Part shown: positions 9,647-20,124 of the stretch, one piece after another
Numbering within the stretch: the stretch's first letter is position 1
Layout of the letters: each line of letters starts with the position of its first letter
The notes under the pieces: model-generated
Told to the model about the DNA's origin: nothing
Seen by the model: only the letters and a program-made list of their open reading frames with translations
Database searches by the model: none
Made by a program: the position numbers and the translations under genes
Source of the DNA: an uncultured Candidatus Saccharibacteria bacterium
GTDB lineage: Bacteria; Patescibacteriota; Minisyncoccia; UBA6257; 2-01-FULL-56-20
DNA length: 64,000 nucleotides
Assembly: GCA_964361595.1 (NCBI GenBank)
Contig: CAYIAX010000003.1
Span: 6,071 to 70,070, forward strand
Direction: 5' to 3'

Positions 9647-10276
9647 ATGGGAGGAACGCAAATATACTTGGATTGGGCGCCGAAAGCGTTCTTTTTGGCT
9701 GTTTTGGCCGTGATGGCCTTAAAATACATTTTACGCAGCCGCAATGCGCAGGAGGAAATAACTTATCCGTGGCTGCGGCTCACATTTTTTCGGCTTACGG
9801 TTGCACTGCTCGTTTGGCGGATCTTATTCGCCGTGAGCCAAATGTATTTGCAGTATTTAACTTGGTCGGCCGAAGGAAATATTTTGGGCCAAAGATTGCT
9901 GCCGCCTTACCAATCCTGGAATTATTTTTTGAGGTTTTCGCTGGGGCGTTTTTGGCTAAACATACTCATTGCTTTCGCAGCGGCTTTGATTTTTTACATT
10001 TTCCTGCGTGTGCTTAAAGAATGGACGCCGCGCTTTTTTGAGACGGAAGAGCCGGAGCTCGGATTTTCGGCCGCATTTTTATCCGGCTGGCCGGGTTTTG
10101 CGATTTTTTTTCCGCTCGTTTTCATTTTCATCATTGTCGTTTCGATCTCCCGCCTGCTTATATGGAGACAAGCTTATACGACCTTGGGCGGCGCCTTCAT
10201 TTTAGCGGTTCTGGTACAGGTTTTCTGGGGAGAAAAATTTATCCAGCTCTTTAAACTTTTCGTTTTGCGTATTTAA
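9647..10276 (+). CDS. hypothetical integral membrane protein
   Basis: Several hydrophobic helices. Its start codon abuts the tktN stop (TAGATG). Confidence 0.5.
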   Translation: MGGTQIYLDWAPKAFFLAVLAVMALKYILRSRNAQEEITYPWLRLTFFRLTVALLVWRILFAVSQMYLQYLTWSAEGNILGQRLLPPYQSWNYFLRFSLGRFWLNILIAFAAALIFYIFLRVLKEWTPRFFETEEPELGFSAAFLSGWPGFAIFFPLVFIFIIVVSISRLLIWRQAYTTLGGAFILAVLVQVFWGEKFIQLFKLFVLRI

Positions 10277-10281
10277 ATAAA

Positions 10282-10746
10282 ATGCCCAGGGTCGGGAGAC
10301 AAAAAGGATTTTCGCTTTTGGAAATTTTAATCGTGGCAGCGATGCTTGCTGTTTTGGGCCTCGTGGTCTGGGGCGGCAACGGAAGGGTCACGTCAAATCT
10401 GGCTTTTCGCACTGAAGCCGACAACGTGATCACGCAATTGCGTTCGGCCCAAGCCAAGGCCCAAGCGGGCGAACTTAGCTCGCGCTGGGGCGTTCATTTT
10501 GTAAACGGCGAGCGAGATTATTATGAATTGTTTTCGACCGCCAGCGAGTATTTAAGCTCAAGCACGATCGTGCACGAAACTGTTTATTTGCACGGAGCGA
10601 CTTTATTCATTGATCCCACTGAAGGCGCCAGTTCGACTTTGGTTTTTGAGCCGATTTCGAGCAAAACAAGCGGCGGCAGTATTACCCTGGGCTTTTGGGG
10701 AGAAACCAGGATAATTACGGCCACCACTTTGGGCCGCATATATTGA
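10282..10746 (+). CDS. prepilin-type N-terminal cleavage/methylation domain protein (type IV pilin-like)
   Basis: N-terminal KGFSLLEILIVAAMLAVLGLVVW is the class III signal peptide/pilin motif. Confidence 0.65.
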   Translation: MPRVGRQKGFSLLEILIVAAMLAVLGLVVWGGNGRVTSNLAFRTEADNVITQLRSAQAKAQAGELSSRWGVHFVNGERDYYELFSTASEYLSSSTIVHETVYLHGATLFIDPTEGASSTLVFEPISSKTSGGSITLGFWGETRIITATTLGRIY

Positions 10747-10783
10747 TAGCCGTACACTTGAGTATGCTAAAATAGAAAGGTAA

Positions 10784-11776
10784 ATGTTAAATCCCGAGGC
10801 AAAACTGAATCCGAAAATTTTTGATGAAGACGTGGAGCAGCGGCCGACACGAGCCGGTTACGGCGAGGGGATCGTCGAGGCCGGCGAGGCGAATCAGAAT
10901 GTGGTCGCGCTTTGCGCTGACCTTACCGAATCCACGCAGACGATGGCTTTCGCGAAAAAGTTCCCCGAACGATTCTTTGAGTGCGGTGTGGCCGAGCAAA
11001 ACATGGCCACGATTGCCGCCGGCTTGGGCGTGAGCGGGAAAATCCCGTTTATCGCTTCCTATGCGACCTTTTCGCCGGGACGGAATTTGGAGCAGATCCG
11101 CACCACGATTGCTTATAACGATGCGAACGTCAAGATCGCCGGCCACCATGCGGGAATTTCGGTGGGTCCGGACGGAGCCACACATCAGGCGACGGAGGAC
11201 ATCGCGATCATGCGGTCCCTGCCGAATATGCGGGTGCTCGCGCCCTGTGACGCAATCGAAGCGAAGAAAGCAACGGTAGCCGCCGCCCAAATTTGGGGTC
11301 CGGTCTATTTGCGGTTCGCGCGCGAAAAATCACCCGTGCTGACAACCCGAGAAACTCCTTTTGTGCCAGGCAAAATTCAAGTTTTTTGGGAATCGCCCAA
11401 ACCAAGCGTGCTTATCCTTGGCTGCGGCGCGCTGCTTTATCAGTCGCTTTTGGCCGCGCGGGAACTGGAAAAAGAAAAGATTCAAGTGTTAGTTGTTAAC
11501 TGCCACACGGTTAAGCCTTTGGATGAAGAAAATATCATTAAATTGGCCGAGAAAGCCGGTGCGGTTGTGACGGTGGAAGAACACCAAATAATGGGCGGCT
11601 TGGGCGGTGCGGTTGCGGAGCTCTTAGCTCAAAAATCACCCATGCCCATGGAATTTGTTGGCTTAAAGGACGTATTTGGGGAATCGGGTCCGCCGGAGGA
11701 GTTGCTCAAAAAATACGGGATGAGCGTAAAAGAAATTATGGCGGCGGCGAAGCGGGCTAAACGGCGCGCAGGTTAA
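10784..11776 (+). CDS. tkt: transketolase, C-terminal (pyrimidine-binding) subunit
   Basis: FFECGVAEQNMATIAAGL...ATFSPGRNLEQIR...GPDGATHQATEDIAIMRSLPNM is the Pyr/C-terminal transketolase domain. Confidence 0.85.
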   Translation: MLNPEAKLNPKIFDEDVEQRPTRAGYGEGIVEAGEANQNVVALCADLTESTQTMAFAKKFPERFFECGVAEQNMATIAAGLGVSGKIPFIASYATFSPGRNLEQIRTTIAYNDANVKIAGHHAGISVGPDGATHQATEDIAIMRSLPNMRVLAPCDAIEAKKATVAAAQIWGPVYLRFAREKSPVLTTRETPFVPGKIQVFWESPKPSVLILGCGALLYQSLLAARELEKEKIQVLVVNCHTVKPLDEENIIKLAEKAGAVVTVEEHQIMGGLGGAVAELLAQKSPMPMEFVGLKDVFGESGPPEELLKKYGMSVKEIMAAAKRAKRRAG

Positions 11777-11786
11777 GCCTGCCCGT

Positions 11787-13379
11787 ATGAACTCGCGATA
11801 CGCGATCTTAATTTTTCTCACGGTAGTTTTTATTTTTTCTTTCAATCAATTCAAGGAAGCTGACAGCTTTTATCATCTGAAGACTGGACAGGCGATTTGG
11901 GAAGCAAAAGCGATTCCCCAAACCGATATTTTTTCCTTTACGGCCGTCGGCCGGCCCTGGGTTACGCATGAGTGGCTGGCGGAAGTGATATTTTATTTGC
12001 TCGCAAAAATAAGTTTATGGGCAGTGATCTTTTTTATTGCCGGTTTGTCCGTCGCAACTTATTTCTTGCTGTGGCTGCGTTCACGTTTACTAGGAGCTTC
12101 TGCGGAGTGGACGGTGCTCGCGCTCCTCGTCTTCGGTCTTTTAACCTTCGAGCTTTGGATACCTCGTCCGCAGGTATTCTCATTTTTCTTGGCGGCGCTT
12201 CTGCTTCTGCTTTTGGATTCTTACCGTAAAACCGGCAGAGCGAAATATATAACCGGTTTACCGATCTTGATCTTGCTTTGGGCAAATATGCATGCCAGTT
12301 TTCTTTTAGGCTTGATCATAATCCTTTTTTATGCGGGCTATGAGCAAGCTACAAAAAAACCGGTTCGTTTGCTCTGGCTTACTTTTGGCAGTAGCTTATT
12401 TTTATCTTTTTTAAACCCGAACGGTTTTCGGATTTATACATATGCGTGGGACATCTTGCCGGCTGTAAATGCGCTTTCGATTTTGGAGTGGAAGTCGATC
12501 GTCTACTTTTGGAGCAAGCCCCAAGTGAAAGTTTTTCTGGTTATGATCTTTATGACTTGGGGCGGGCTCGTTTATCTGCGGCGATCCAAAATCAAAGAGC
12601 ACGCACTCCCAATACTTTTAATTAGTGTTGCCGCCATTTTGCCGCTCGTCGCGATTAGGCATGTGGGCTTTTGGCCGGTTATTGCTGCGCCGCTTGCCGC
12701 TGCGGCGCTTACCGAATCCACGAAGTTGCGGGAATTCGCCGCCGGTAAAAATTTTCGGATCGGTTTAATCATTTTTTCCGTTTTCTTGATTACTGTGCGT
12801 TTAACCCAGATCGACTCAAGGCCTATTAACAAGCTCGCGCTGCCGGTTCAAGCGGCTGATTTTGCGGCGAAAGCAGGGATTAAAGGGCCGCTCTTTAATT
12901 TTTACAATGATGGAGGATATCTCATTTGGCGGTTATGGCCTGGCGAAAAAGTTTTCATTGATGGCCGCTCCGAAGTTTACGACGAAGAGACAGTCAATGA
13001 TTACAAAGCCATAACTGAAGTTAAGGACGATTGGCAGGCTTTACTCGAAGAAAAGTATGGGATTGACTTTGTGATTTTTTCATATCGCAATGTTTTAAAT
13101 TATGAGGCCAGCAAACGCTTTGCCGAAGGCCTGCTCGTGGAGAATTTCGCGCTCATTTATTGGGATGATACAGCCCTGATTTTCGTAAGCGATACGCAAA
13201 CCAACCGCAGTTTGATCGATAAATATGCCTTGAGCCATGTGGAGCCGTTCCGCGATCCCGAAGGCATACCCCTAAGCGAGAAAAAAGACGCTTTGCGGGA
13301 ACTGCAAATTCTCTTGGATCGGCAGCCGGAATCGCAAGTCATACGGAAATATACAGAGCTTCTGCTTAAAAATCAGTAA
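11787..13379 (+). CDS. large polytopic membrane protein, possible GT-C-like glycosyltransferase (uncertain)
   Basis: About 12 predicted TM helices followed by a soluble C-terminal domain. No firm motif found. Confidence 0.5.
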   Translation: MNSRYAILIFLTVVFIFSFNQFKEADSFYHLKTGQAIWEAKAIPQTDIFSFTAVGRPWVTHEWLAEVIFYLLAKISLWAVIFFIAGLSVATYFLLWLRSRLLGASAEWTVLALLVFGLLTFELWIPRPQVFSFFLAALLLLLLDSYRKTGRAKYITGLPILILLWANMHASFLLGLIIILFYAGYEQATKKPVRLLWLTFGSSLFLSFLNPNGFRIYTYAWDILPAVNALSILEWKSIVYFWSKPQVKVFLVMIFMTWGGLVYLRRSKIKEHALPILLISVAAILPLVAIRHVGFWPVIAAPLAAAALTESTKLREFAAGKNFRIGLIIFSVFLITVRLTQIDSRPINKLALPVQAADFAAKAGIKGPLFNFYNDGGYLIWRLWPGEKVFIDGRSEVYDEETVNDYKAITEVKDDWQALLEEKYGIDFVIFSYRNVLNYEASKRFAEGLLVENFALIYWDDTALIFVSDTQTNRSLIDKYALSHVEPFRDPEGIPLSEKKDALRELQILLDRQPESQVIRKYTELLLKNQ

Positions 13380-13398
13380 TTATTGTATACTAAAAATA

Positions 13399-14433
13399 AT
13401 GTACGATGTGGTCACAATCGGCACGGCGACTCGCGATGTTTTTTTGCGTAGCACGTTTTTTAAGGTTCTGCGCGACCCCAAACATTTGCGCAGGTTGGGA
13501 TTCCAAACGGGGGAAGCCCAATGCCTGGCTTTGGGCGGCAAACTGGAGGTGGGCGCGCCGGTCTTGACTTTGGGCGGCGGCGCCTTGAATGCGGCGGTTA
13601 CGTTTGCTCGCAGGGGCTTGCGGGCGGCGGCACTGGTTAAGATCGGCAAAGATCCGAACGGTGAGGCGGTGCTTAGGGATTTGAAACAGGAAAAAATTTC
13701 GCCGCTTATTCGTTACGACCAAAAGCAAATGACCGCTTACTCGGTCGTCTTGCTCTCGCCGGGGGGAGAGCGCACGATTTTGCACCATCGGGGCGCTTCC
13801 GAAGATTTGACCACCAGTGAAGCGAATTTTAAAAATGTGCGGACGAAGTGGATTTATGTAAATCCGGGAAGGATTCCATACAAGGTAATCAAAAAAATAA
13901 TTTTCGGTTGGAGCGAGCGTGGGGCTCTGGTGGCCATGAATCCATCCGCGCATTATCTGAAATTTGGAGTAAAAAAACTCGCCCCTTTGCTTAAAAAAGT
14001 TTCTGTCCTTATTCTCAACCGCGAAGAGGCGGCGGCGCTTACCAACGTGCCTTATCGGGAAGAACGCCGGATTTTCAAGCGTTTGGATGAACTCGCGCCG
14101 GGCGTTGCGGTCATGACGGAGGGCAAGCGTGGCGTCATGGTCGCGGATGGCAAGTTTATTTATCATGCAGGCACCTTCAAAGAAAAATTTGTGGCTGACC
14201 GCACCGGCGCCGGAGACGCTTTCGGCAGCGCTTTTGTCGCAAGCCTGATTAAGAGCAGAGCCAATCCTGCACGTGGTGTTACTGCGGGTCAAATTCGAGA
14301 AGCAATTCGTGCAGCTTCGGCAAACGCAACTTCAGTGGTGGAAGCGATCGGGGCAGAGCAAGGCATCTTAAAGAGCAGTGGATTTGCTGCTCCGCGCTGG
14401 CGCAACTTTAAGATCGACACAAGACGCGCTTAA
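13399..14433 (+). CDS. PfkB family carbohydrate kinase (ribokinase-like)
   Basis: N-terminal GxxxxD region and the PfkB signature DRTGAGDAFGSAFVASL. Confidence 0.8.
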   Translation: MYDVVTIGTATRDVFLRSTFFKVLRDPKHLRRLGFQTGEAQCLALGGKLEVGAPVLTLGGGALNAAVTFARRGLRAAALVKIGKDPNGEAVLRDLKQEKISPLIRYDQKQMTAYSVVLLSPGGERTILHHRGASEDLTTSEANFKNVRTKWIYVNPGRIPYKVIKKIIFGWSERGALVAMNPSAHYLKFGVKKLAPLLKKVSVLILNREEAAALTNVPYREERRIFKRLDELAPGVAVMTEGKRGVMVADGKFIYHAGTFKEKFVADRTGAGDAFGSAFVASLIKSRANPARGVTAGQIREAIRAASANATSVVEAIGAEQGILKSSGFAAPRWRNFKIDTRRA

Positions 14434-15699
14434 ATGGAAATTCCTCCCGAATTAAATAAAATCTCTGCAATTCTGCGCGCAGATAAGCGGGAGCTAAAGT
14501 CGGTGATCGACCGGTTGGCTAGCCTTACCGGCAAGACGGATGTTCTCCAAAAGATTACTGCCGAAAACGATGATTTGATGATTAACCGGCTGTTTTCGAT
14601 CGGCGTGCCTCGCGAATCGAGCGCCAAGGAAGTTTATGAGGCCTTAATCTCCAAGATCGAGGCGGATGACTATCAGATTTTTAAAGCTCTGGATGAGCCC
14701 AATTTCCGGAATTCCGCAGCCTGCGAACACGTCGGAGACATAGCCAAAAAAATCGTCAATCCTCCGAGCGGTTACTTTTTGAAGCTTTCCAAGGCGGAGG
14801 AATTTTTGGCCAAAGAGCCGCCGCAGCAAATTCTCAAGTGTTTAGGCTATGATTCGGTGCGAACGATGCTGGCTCACGAGGATATTTTTGAGATTATGTC
14901 CGCCTTGCGGGTTGTCGAGGGGAGCGATTGGCTAAATGAAGTGTTTTTCAAGCAATATGAATCGCTTTCGCCGGACGATTTTGAAGAGCGTGAGATCAAG
15001 GTCAAGGCTTTGAGCGAAAGATGGAGCAAAGAATCTGCGCGGTTCGTCGTGAAGAAAAAGCATAACATCAGCCATTTAAAGGAATTGGGAGTAGTTTTTG
15101 TGATGCCTGCGCTTTTAGGCATTTCGGGCGAACTTTTGCGCATGTTCGCTTTGATGCTACATTATTTATATGAAGTACCGTTTTATTCGGATCTATTCCG
15201 TTTACTGCACCAGGATGAAAAAAATTTCAGCCGTAATTTTGTTTCGCTTCTGCGCGGCGATGTCTGCGAACATCTTCCGGAGGCCAAGCCGGGCCATTCC
15301 GCGTGGCTGGTTGTCCAGCGCTATTTGGCCAAGGACGATGAAAACGACTGGCGGCTTTTCTTTCCGCACGTGAATCCCGAGGCGATTCATTGGGCGAAAG
15401 CGGAAAGGAATCTTGCCCAAATCGGCATGCGGCTCAATGGTTTTGCGCGCGATCTGCTTTTCTGGGACAATTTGGGATGGGTAGGCGATTATTTCAAAGA
15501 TGAAACCGGAGCGCCGCTGCTTGTCAGCTTTAATTTGGTGGACACGGTGATGTCTTTGGTAAAGCAAAAAGAAATGTCGAAATATCTTTACCATCATCAG
15601 GAAGCTTTGTGGAACAAGCTTTTTGCCGAGTATATGGGCGAAGCCGAGCTGGAGCGTTATTGCCGGGATAATCTGCTTAAAGGTTATTTTGAGCTATGA
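14434..15699 (+). CDS. conserved hypothetical protein (421 aa)
   Basis: Long uninterrupted ORF, translationally coupled to its neighbours (ATG overlaps the upstream TAA; 4 nt overlap with fba). No motif recognised. Confidence 0.55.
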   Translation: MEIPPELNKISAILRADKRELKSVIDRLASLTGKTDVLQKITAENDDLMINRLFSIGVPRESSAKEVYEALISKIEADDYQIFKALDEPNFRNSAACEHVGDIAKKIVNPPSGYFLKLSKAEEFLAKEPPQQILKCLGYDSVRTMLAHEDIFEIMSALRVVEGSDWLNEVFFKQYESLSPDDFEEREIKVKALSERWSKESARFVVKKKHNISHLKELGVVFVMPALLGISGELLRMFALMLHYLYEVPFYSDLFRLLHQDEKNFSRNFVSLLRGDVCEHLPEAKPGHSAWLVVQRYLAKDDENDWRLFFPHVNPEAIHWAKAERNLAQIGMRLNGFARDLLFWDNLGWVGDYFKDETGAPLLVSFNLVDTVMSLVKQKEMSKYLYHHQEALWNKLFAEYMGEAELERYCRDNLLKGYFEL

Positions 15700-16577
15700 A
15701 ATCCTTGCGCGAAGAACTGGAAGCGGCGCGGGCCCACCAGGCGGCCATCGGCCATTTTAACGTCTCCGAGTGGTCAGCCGTAAAAGCGATTATGGAAGCC
15801 GTGCGTGAAACCGGCCTTACGGCCATGATCGGAGTTTCGGAAGGTGAACGGGAATTCATGAGTATCCGAGCACTGGCGGTTTTGATCAAATACTTCAGGG
15901 AAGAACTGGGATTGCCGATATACTTGAACGCCGATCACACGCATGATTTGAAGAAAGTGGAAGAAGCGGCCAAGGCGGGAGCCGACGAGATCTTATTCGA
16001 CGGTTCCAAGCTTGCGTTTGAAGAAAATTTGAAAATGACCAAGCGCGCGGTGGAAATCGCGAAAACTTTTAATCCCGCGGTTTTGGTTGAAGGTGAATTG
16101 GGCTACATCGGCAGCTCTTCGGAGATCATGAAGGAGTTGCCGGCCGATGCTTCCTTGAAACCAGAACTTTACACGACGCCCAAGGAAGCCGAACAGTTTG
16201 TCCGCGAGACTAAGATCGATGTTCTAGCTCCGGCCGTGGGCAATATGCATGGCCTGACGGTCAAAATGGCAGAAGGCAAAGCCTGGAAGCATCTGGATTT
16301 AAAACGGATCAAAGACATCCACACGGCCGCGGGATTGTTTTTGACTTTGCACGGGGGTTCGGGGACAGCGGATAAAGATTTTGTAGGCGCGGTTAAGGCT
16401 GGCATCACTATCGTCCATATAAATACAGAAATCAGATATGCCTGGCGCAAGGGAGTGGAAGCAGGATTAAGATCCCATCCGGAAGAAATTGCGCCGTATA
16501 AAATTTTGCCCAAGGCGGTAGAAGCAATGAAAAATATCATTGCATCTCGCCTCAAGCTTTTCCAGGCGGGGGATTAG
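15696..16577 (+). CDS. fba: class II fructose/tagatose-bisphosphate aldolase
   Basis: GHFNV, LNADHTH, HGLTV...LHGGSG and TEIRYAW are class II aldolase signatures. Confidence 0.85.
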   Translation: MKSLREELEAARAHQAAIGHFNVSEWSAVKAIMEAVRETGLTAMIGVSEGEREFMSIRALAVLIKYFREELGLPIYLNADHTHDLKKVEEAAKAGADEILFDGSKLAFEENLKMTKRAVEIAKTFNPAVLVEGELGYIGSSSEIMKELPADASLKPELYTTPKEAEQFVRETKIDVLAPAVGNMHGLTVKMAEGKAWKHLDLKRIKDIHTAAGLFLTLHGGSGTADKDFVGAVKAGITIVHINTEIRYAWRKGVEAGLRSHPEEIAPYKILPKAVEAMKNIIASRLKLFQAGD

Positions 16578-16678
16578 TTTTAGCTCGATATTGTCAAAAT
16601 AAGCAGGTTTTGCTAAGCTAAAGGGGTTCTTTTGTACCCTTTCGGGGGCTTTCATCGTTTTACTTATTGAATTTCAAA

Positions 16679-17338
16679 ATGGAATTATCCGTAACAGAAC
16701 GCATAAAATTTGGCAAAGCGTCAAATGCTCTTCGCGCCGAAGGGCTTATTCCGGCCGAGCTTTACGGGCGTGATTCGGCAAACTTACATCTTGCGGTTAA
16801 GGGCAATGAATTCCGCAAGGTCTTCGCGGAAGCGGGGGAAAATACGATCGTAAATTTGCAGTTCAACGGCAAAACAATTCCGGTTTTGATCCACGACATT
16901 CAGAAAGATTATCTGCATGACGAGATAATCCACGTGGATTTTTACCGGGTGCGCATGGATGAGAAGATCACCGCGCGGGTTCCACTGGAATTCACGGGTG
17001 AATCACCGGCCGTCAAAGAACAAGGCGGTGTTTTAAATAAAACCATGTCCGAAGTTGAAATCGAAGCTTTGCCGAAAGATTTGCCGCATCGTTTACAGGT
17101 TGACCTCACTCCTTTGGTTGAGCTTAACCAAAGTATTTATATAAAAGACATTCAAGTTCCCGCCGGGGTGGAATTGGCCGTAGACCCGGAAACAGTCGTT
17201 GTAACGGTGACACCGCCTCGCAAGAAAGAGGAGGTGGCTCCCGCGCCTGTGGCGGATGTAACCCAGGTGAAGGTTGAAACGGAAGAAAAGAAAGCCGAAC
17301 AGGAACAGGATGTGAAGGAGGAATCGACTCCGGAGTAA
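16679..17338 (+). CDS. rplY: 50S ribosomal protein L25 / general stress protein Ctc
   Basis: [30 protein letters not shown]...[17 protein letters not shown] is the L25/Ctc N-terminal domain, followed by an acidic C-terminal tail. Confidence 0.8.
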   Translation: MELSVTERIKFGKASNALRAEGLIPAELYGRDSANLHLAVKGNEFRKVFAEAGENTIVNLQFNGKTIPVLIHDIQKDYLHDEIIHVDFYRVRMDEKITARVPLEFTGESPAVKEQGGVLNKTMSEVEIEALPKDLPHRLQVDLTPLVELNQSIYIKDIQVPAGVELAVDPETVVVTVTPPRKKEEVAPAPVADVTQVKVETEEKKAEQEQDVKEESTPE

Positions 17339-17370
17339 GAAATCCTTCTAAGTTAGGTCATTTATTATAT

Positions 17371-18789
17371 ATGTTCCACAGATTAAAGCCGCAACGCGTC
17401 CTGGATGTTCAGCGTGCTCGCGGGGAGGTATTTGCCGGAATCGCGAAGCGGATAAATTTAGGCAGTAAACGGAGTAGTTCATTGCCCTGGCAAAAATTGT
17501 TCCGAGCCGGGGTTTTGCTTTTTGCCATTTGGACTTTTTTCGGAGCCGTCGCCGCTCCCACCATTCAAACTTTAGCCGCCAGCACTCCTCAAGAGGAAAG
17601 GGAAGAGCTGGAAAACCAGCTGCGGGAGCTTGAGGCCCAGATCGGACAATATGAACAGCAGATCTCAAGCTATCGCAAGCAAGGCAGCACGTTGAAAGGC
17701 GAAGTCGACAGGCTAAACAGCAAGATTTCCAAGCTTAACCTCCAGATCAAGGCTATCAATCTCACACTTACACAATTGGACAAAAAGATCACGGAAACGC
17801 AGTACCAGATCAACGTGACGGAAAGCAATATCGAAGATCATCGGCAAGCTTTGACAAATCTTTTGCGCAATCTTTATCAAAGCGATCGCGCCAACATGAT
17901 GGAAATATTTTTGAAAAATCCCAAGCTTTCGGATTTCTTCACGGACTTGAACAATATCACTTTGCTGCAGGGGAATTTACGGATCACCATCGAAGAAATA
18001 ACCGCGCTGCGGGACAAGCTTCAAGATCAACGCGAACAGTTTTCGCTCGCCCGCGCCGATGCTTCGACATTGAAGAGCTACCAAACGGCACAACGGCTGG
18101 AAGCCGACCAGACAAAAAGACAAAAAAATGATCTTTTAGTCGTGACGAAGGGGCAGGAGACGAAGTACCAGGGTCTTTTAAAACAAACAAAGGAAACGGC
18201 TGCGCAAATCAGAAGCAGAATTTTCCAGCTCTTGGGCGGCGGACAATTGAGTTTTGAGCAAGCTTATGAATTTGCGAAATTAGCCGGCAGCGCTACCGGA
18301 GTGCGCCCGGCTTTAATTTTGGCCGTGCTCGACCGCGAATCCGCCTTAGGGAGGAACGTGGGGCGCTGCAGCTATAAAACAGCCATGAGCCCCAAAAACC
18401 AGGAAATTTTTTTGAAGATCACGGCTGAATTGAATTTGAGTCCTGATTCAATGATGGTTTCTTGCCCCAACGCCGACGGTGTTTACGGCGGCGCGATGGG
18501 ACCCGCCCAATTCATTCCTTCGACTTGGATACTCTATCGTGATTTGATTGCGAGAGCAACCGGCAATAATCCGCCTTCGCCCTGGAACCACTCCGATGCG
18601 TTCACGGCCACCGCGCTTTACTTGAAAGACGCCGGCGCTGCCAACGGGTCCGTCGCTGAAGAGCGAATTGCGGCCGCTAAATATTACGCCGGTTCGAATT
18701 GGCGCCGCCATTTGTGGACCTACGGCGAGGCGGTAGTAAGCCGCGCGCAGAGGTTCCAGCAGGATATCGAGATTTTGCTTGCGGACTAG
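17371..18789 (+). CDS. membrane-anchored coiled-coil protein with C-terminal lytic transglycosylase (MltB/lysozyme-like) domain
   Basis: N-terminal TM, long heptad coiled-coil region ([22 protein letters not shown]...), and a C-terminal VLDRESALG...[13 protein letters not shown] resembling the MltB catalytic region. Confidence 0.6.
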   Translation: MFHRLKPQRVLDVQRARGEVFAGIAKRINLGSKRSSSLPWQKLFRAGVLLFAIWTFFGAVAAPTIQTLAASTPQEEREELENQLRELEAQIGQYEQQISSYRKQGSTLKGEVDRLNSKISKLNLQIKAINLTLTQLDKKITETQYQINVTESNIEDHRQALTNLLRNLYQSDRANMMEIFLKNPKLSDFFTDLNNITLLQGNLRITIEEITALRDKLQDQREQFSLARADASTLKSYQTAQRLEADQTKRQKNDLLVVTKGQETKYQGLLKQTKETAAQIRSRIFQLLGGGQLSFEQAYEFAKLAGSATGVRPALILAVLDRESALGRNVGRCSYKTAMSPKNQEIFLKITAELNLSPDSMMVSCPNADGVYGGAMGPAQFIPSTWILYRDLIARATGNNPPSPWNHSDAFTATALYLKDAGAANGSVAEERIAAAKYYAGSNWRRHLWTYGEAVVSRAQRFQQDIEILLAD

Positions 18790-18808
18790 AACAAGGCATA
18801 ATTAGCGG

Positions 18809-20074
18809 ATGACCACAAGAAAGCTTAAATTGTCCAATGGTTTGCGCGTAATTTTGGCCCCGCATGCGGGGCTGGCTGCAACCGTGCTCGTGCTTGTGGG
18901 CACCGGGTCGGAGTATGAAAGCCGGCGGATCAACGGCCTTTCGCATTTTTTAGAACACATGTGCTTCAAAGGAACCGTGAACCGACCGCAGCCCGGAATG
19001 ATCGCCACAGAACTGGATTCTTTGGGAGCCGAATATAATGCCTTTACCGGACAGGAGTACACCGGTTATTGGGCGAAAGCGGAAAATCATAAATTGCCGC
19101 AAATTTTGGATATCGTCTCCGATCTTTATCTGAACCCGGTTTTTAATAAAGCGGAAATAGAAAAAGAACGCGGCGTTGTGATCGAGGAAATGAACCTTTA
19201 CGAAGATACGCCGATGTGGAGCGCGCAGGATCTTTTCATGACTGTGCTTTACGGCGACCAGCCGGCGGGTTGGCGGATTGTCGGCAAGAAAGAAATTATC
19301 CAGCGCCTTGATCGCAAGGATTTTTTGGCCTACCGCAAAAAACATTATATCGCCCCCGCGACGATCGTAGTTGTAGCCGGAAATTTTGACTTAAAGAAAA
19401 TCAGCGCAGATATAAAAAGATATTTCGGCAAACTTCCGCGGGCCGCCAAGCCGGCAAAGCCAAAAACCAGCGACCGGCAAGCCAAACCGCAGATCTTACT
19501 AAAGTTTAAGGATTCCGACCAAAGCCATCTTGTTTTGGGCGCGCGGGCTTTCTCCGTTTTCGACGAGCGACGTTTTGCTCTGCAGGTGGCGGCCGATATT
19601 TTGGGCGGCGGCATGAGCTCGCGGCTATGGCATCGGGTCCGCGAGGAATTGGGTGCGGCTTACTATATCCGCTCTTCCGCGGAATTTTTCATTGATCATG
19701 GTTATCTTGATGTCTCCGCTGGAGTTGATCACCGGAAAATCGAGCTTGTGATCCGGGCAGTGGTGGAGGAGTTGCGGCGCCTGCGGGATGAGTTGATCGA
19801 AGCGAAAGAACTTAAAAAATCGAAAGACCACCTGATTGGCAGGCTGATTTTGGGGCTCGAAACATCCGATGAAGTAGCCAGTTTTTATGGGGGCCAGGAG
19901 GTCCTTACCGGCACATTCCTTAATCCACAAAAGACGATTGAGTTCGTGCGCAAGGTGACCGCCGAGGAAATCAGGGCCGTGGCGAGAAGTATTTTTACCG
20001 CTAACCGGCTTAACTTGGCCGTAATCGGGCCTTACAAAAAATCAGAGTCTTTTCGGAAAATCCTCAAGTTCTAG
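18809..20074 (+). CDS. M16 family zinc peptidase (insulinase/pitrilysin-like)
   Basis: Inverted zinc motif HFLEHMCFKGT (HxxEH) with a downstream glutamate. Confidence 0.8.
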   Translation: MTTRKLKLSNGLRVILAPHAGLAATVLVLVGTGSEYESRRINGLSHFLEHMCFKGTVNRPQPGMIATELDSLGAEYNAFTGQEYTGYWAKAENHKLPQILDIVSDLYLNPVFNKAEIEKERGVVIEEMNLYEDTPMWSAQDLFMTVLYGDQPAGWRIVGKKEIIQRLDRKDFLAYRKKHYIAPATIVVVAGNFDLKKISADIKRYFGKLPRAAKPAKPKTSDRQAKPQILLKFKDSDQSHLVLGARAFSVFDERRFALQVAADILGGGMSSRLWHRVREELGAAYYIRSSAEFFIDHGYLDVSAGVDHRKIELVIRAVVEELRRLRDELIEAKELKKSKDHLIGRLILGLETSDEVASFYGGQEVLTGTFLNPQKTIEFVRKVTAEEIRAVARSIFTANRLNLAVIGPYKKSESFRKILKF

Positions 20075-20124
20075 GGTTGCGCACAATCAGCTTTCCGGTA
20101 TAAGCTGAAGTAAATACGCCGGTT

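Noticed and set aside
13390-14292. 300 aa minus-strand ORF
   Set aside because: Antisense to the PfkB kinase gene, which carries the DTxGAGD signature.
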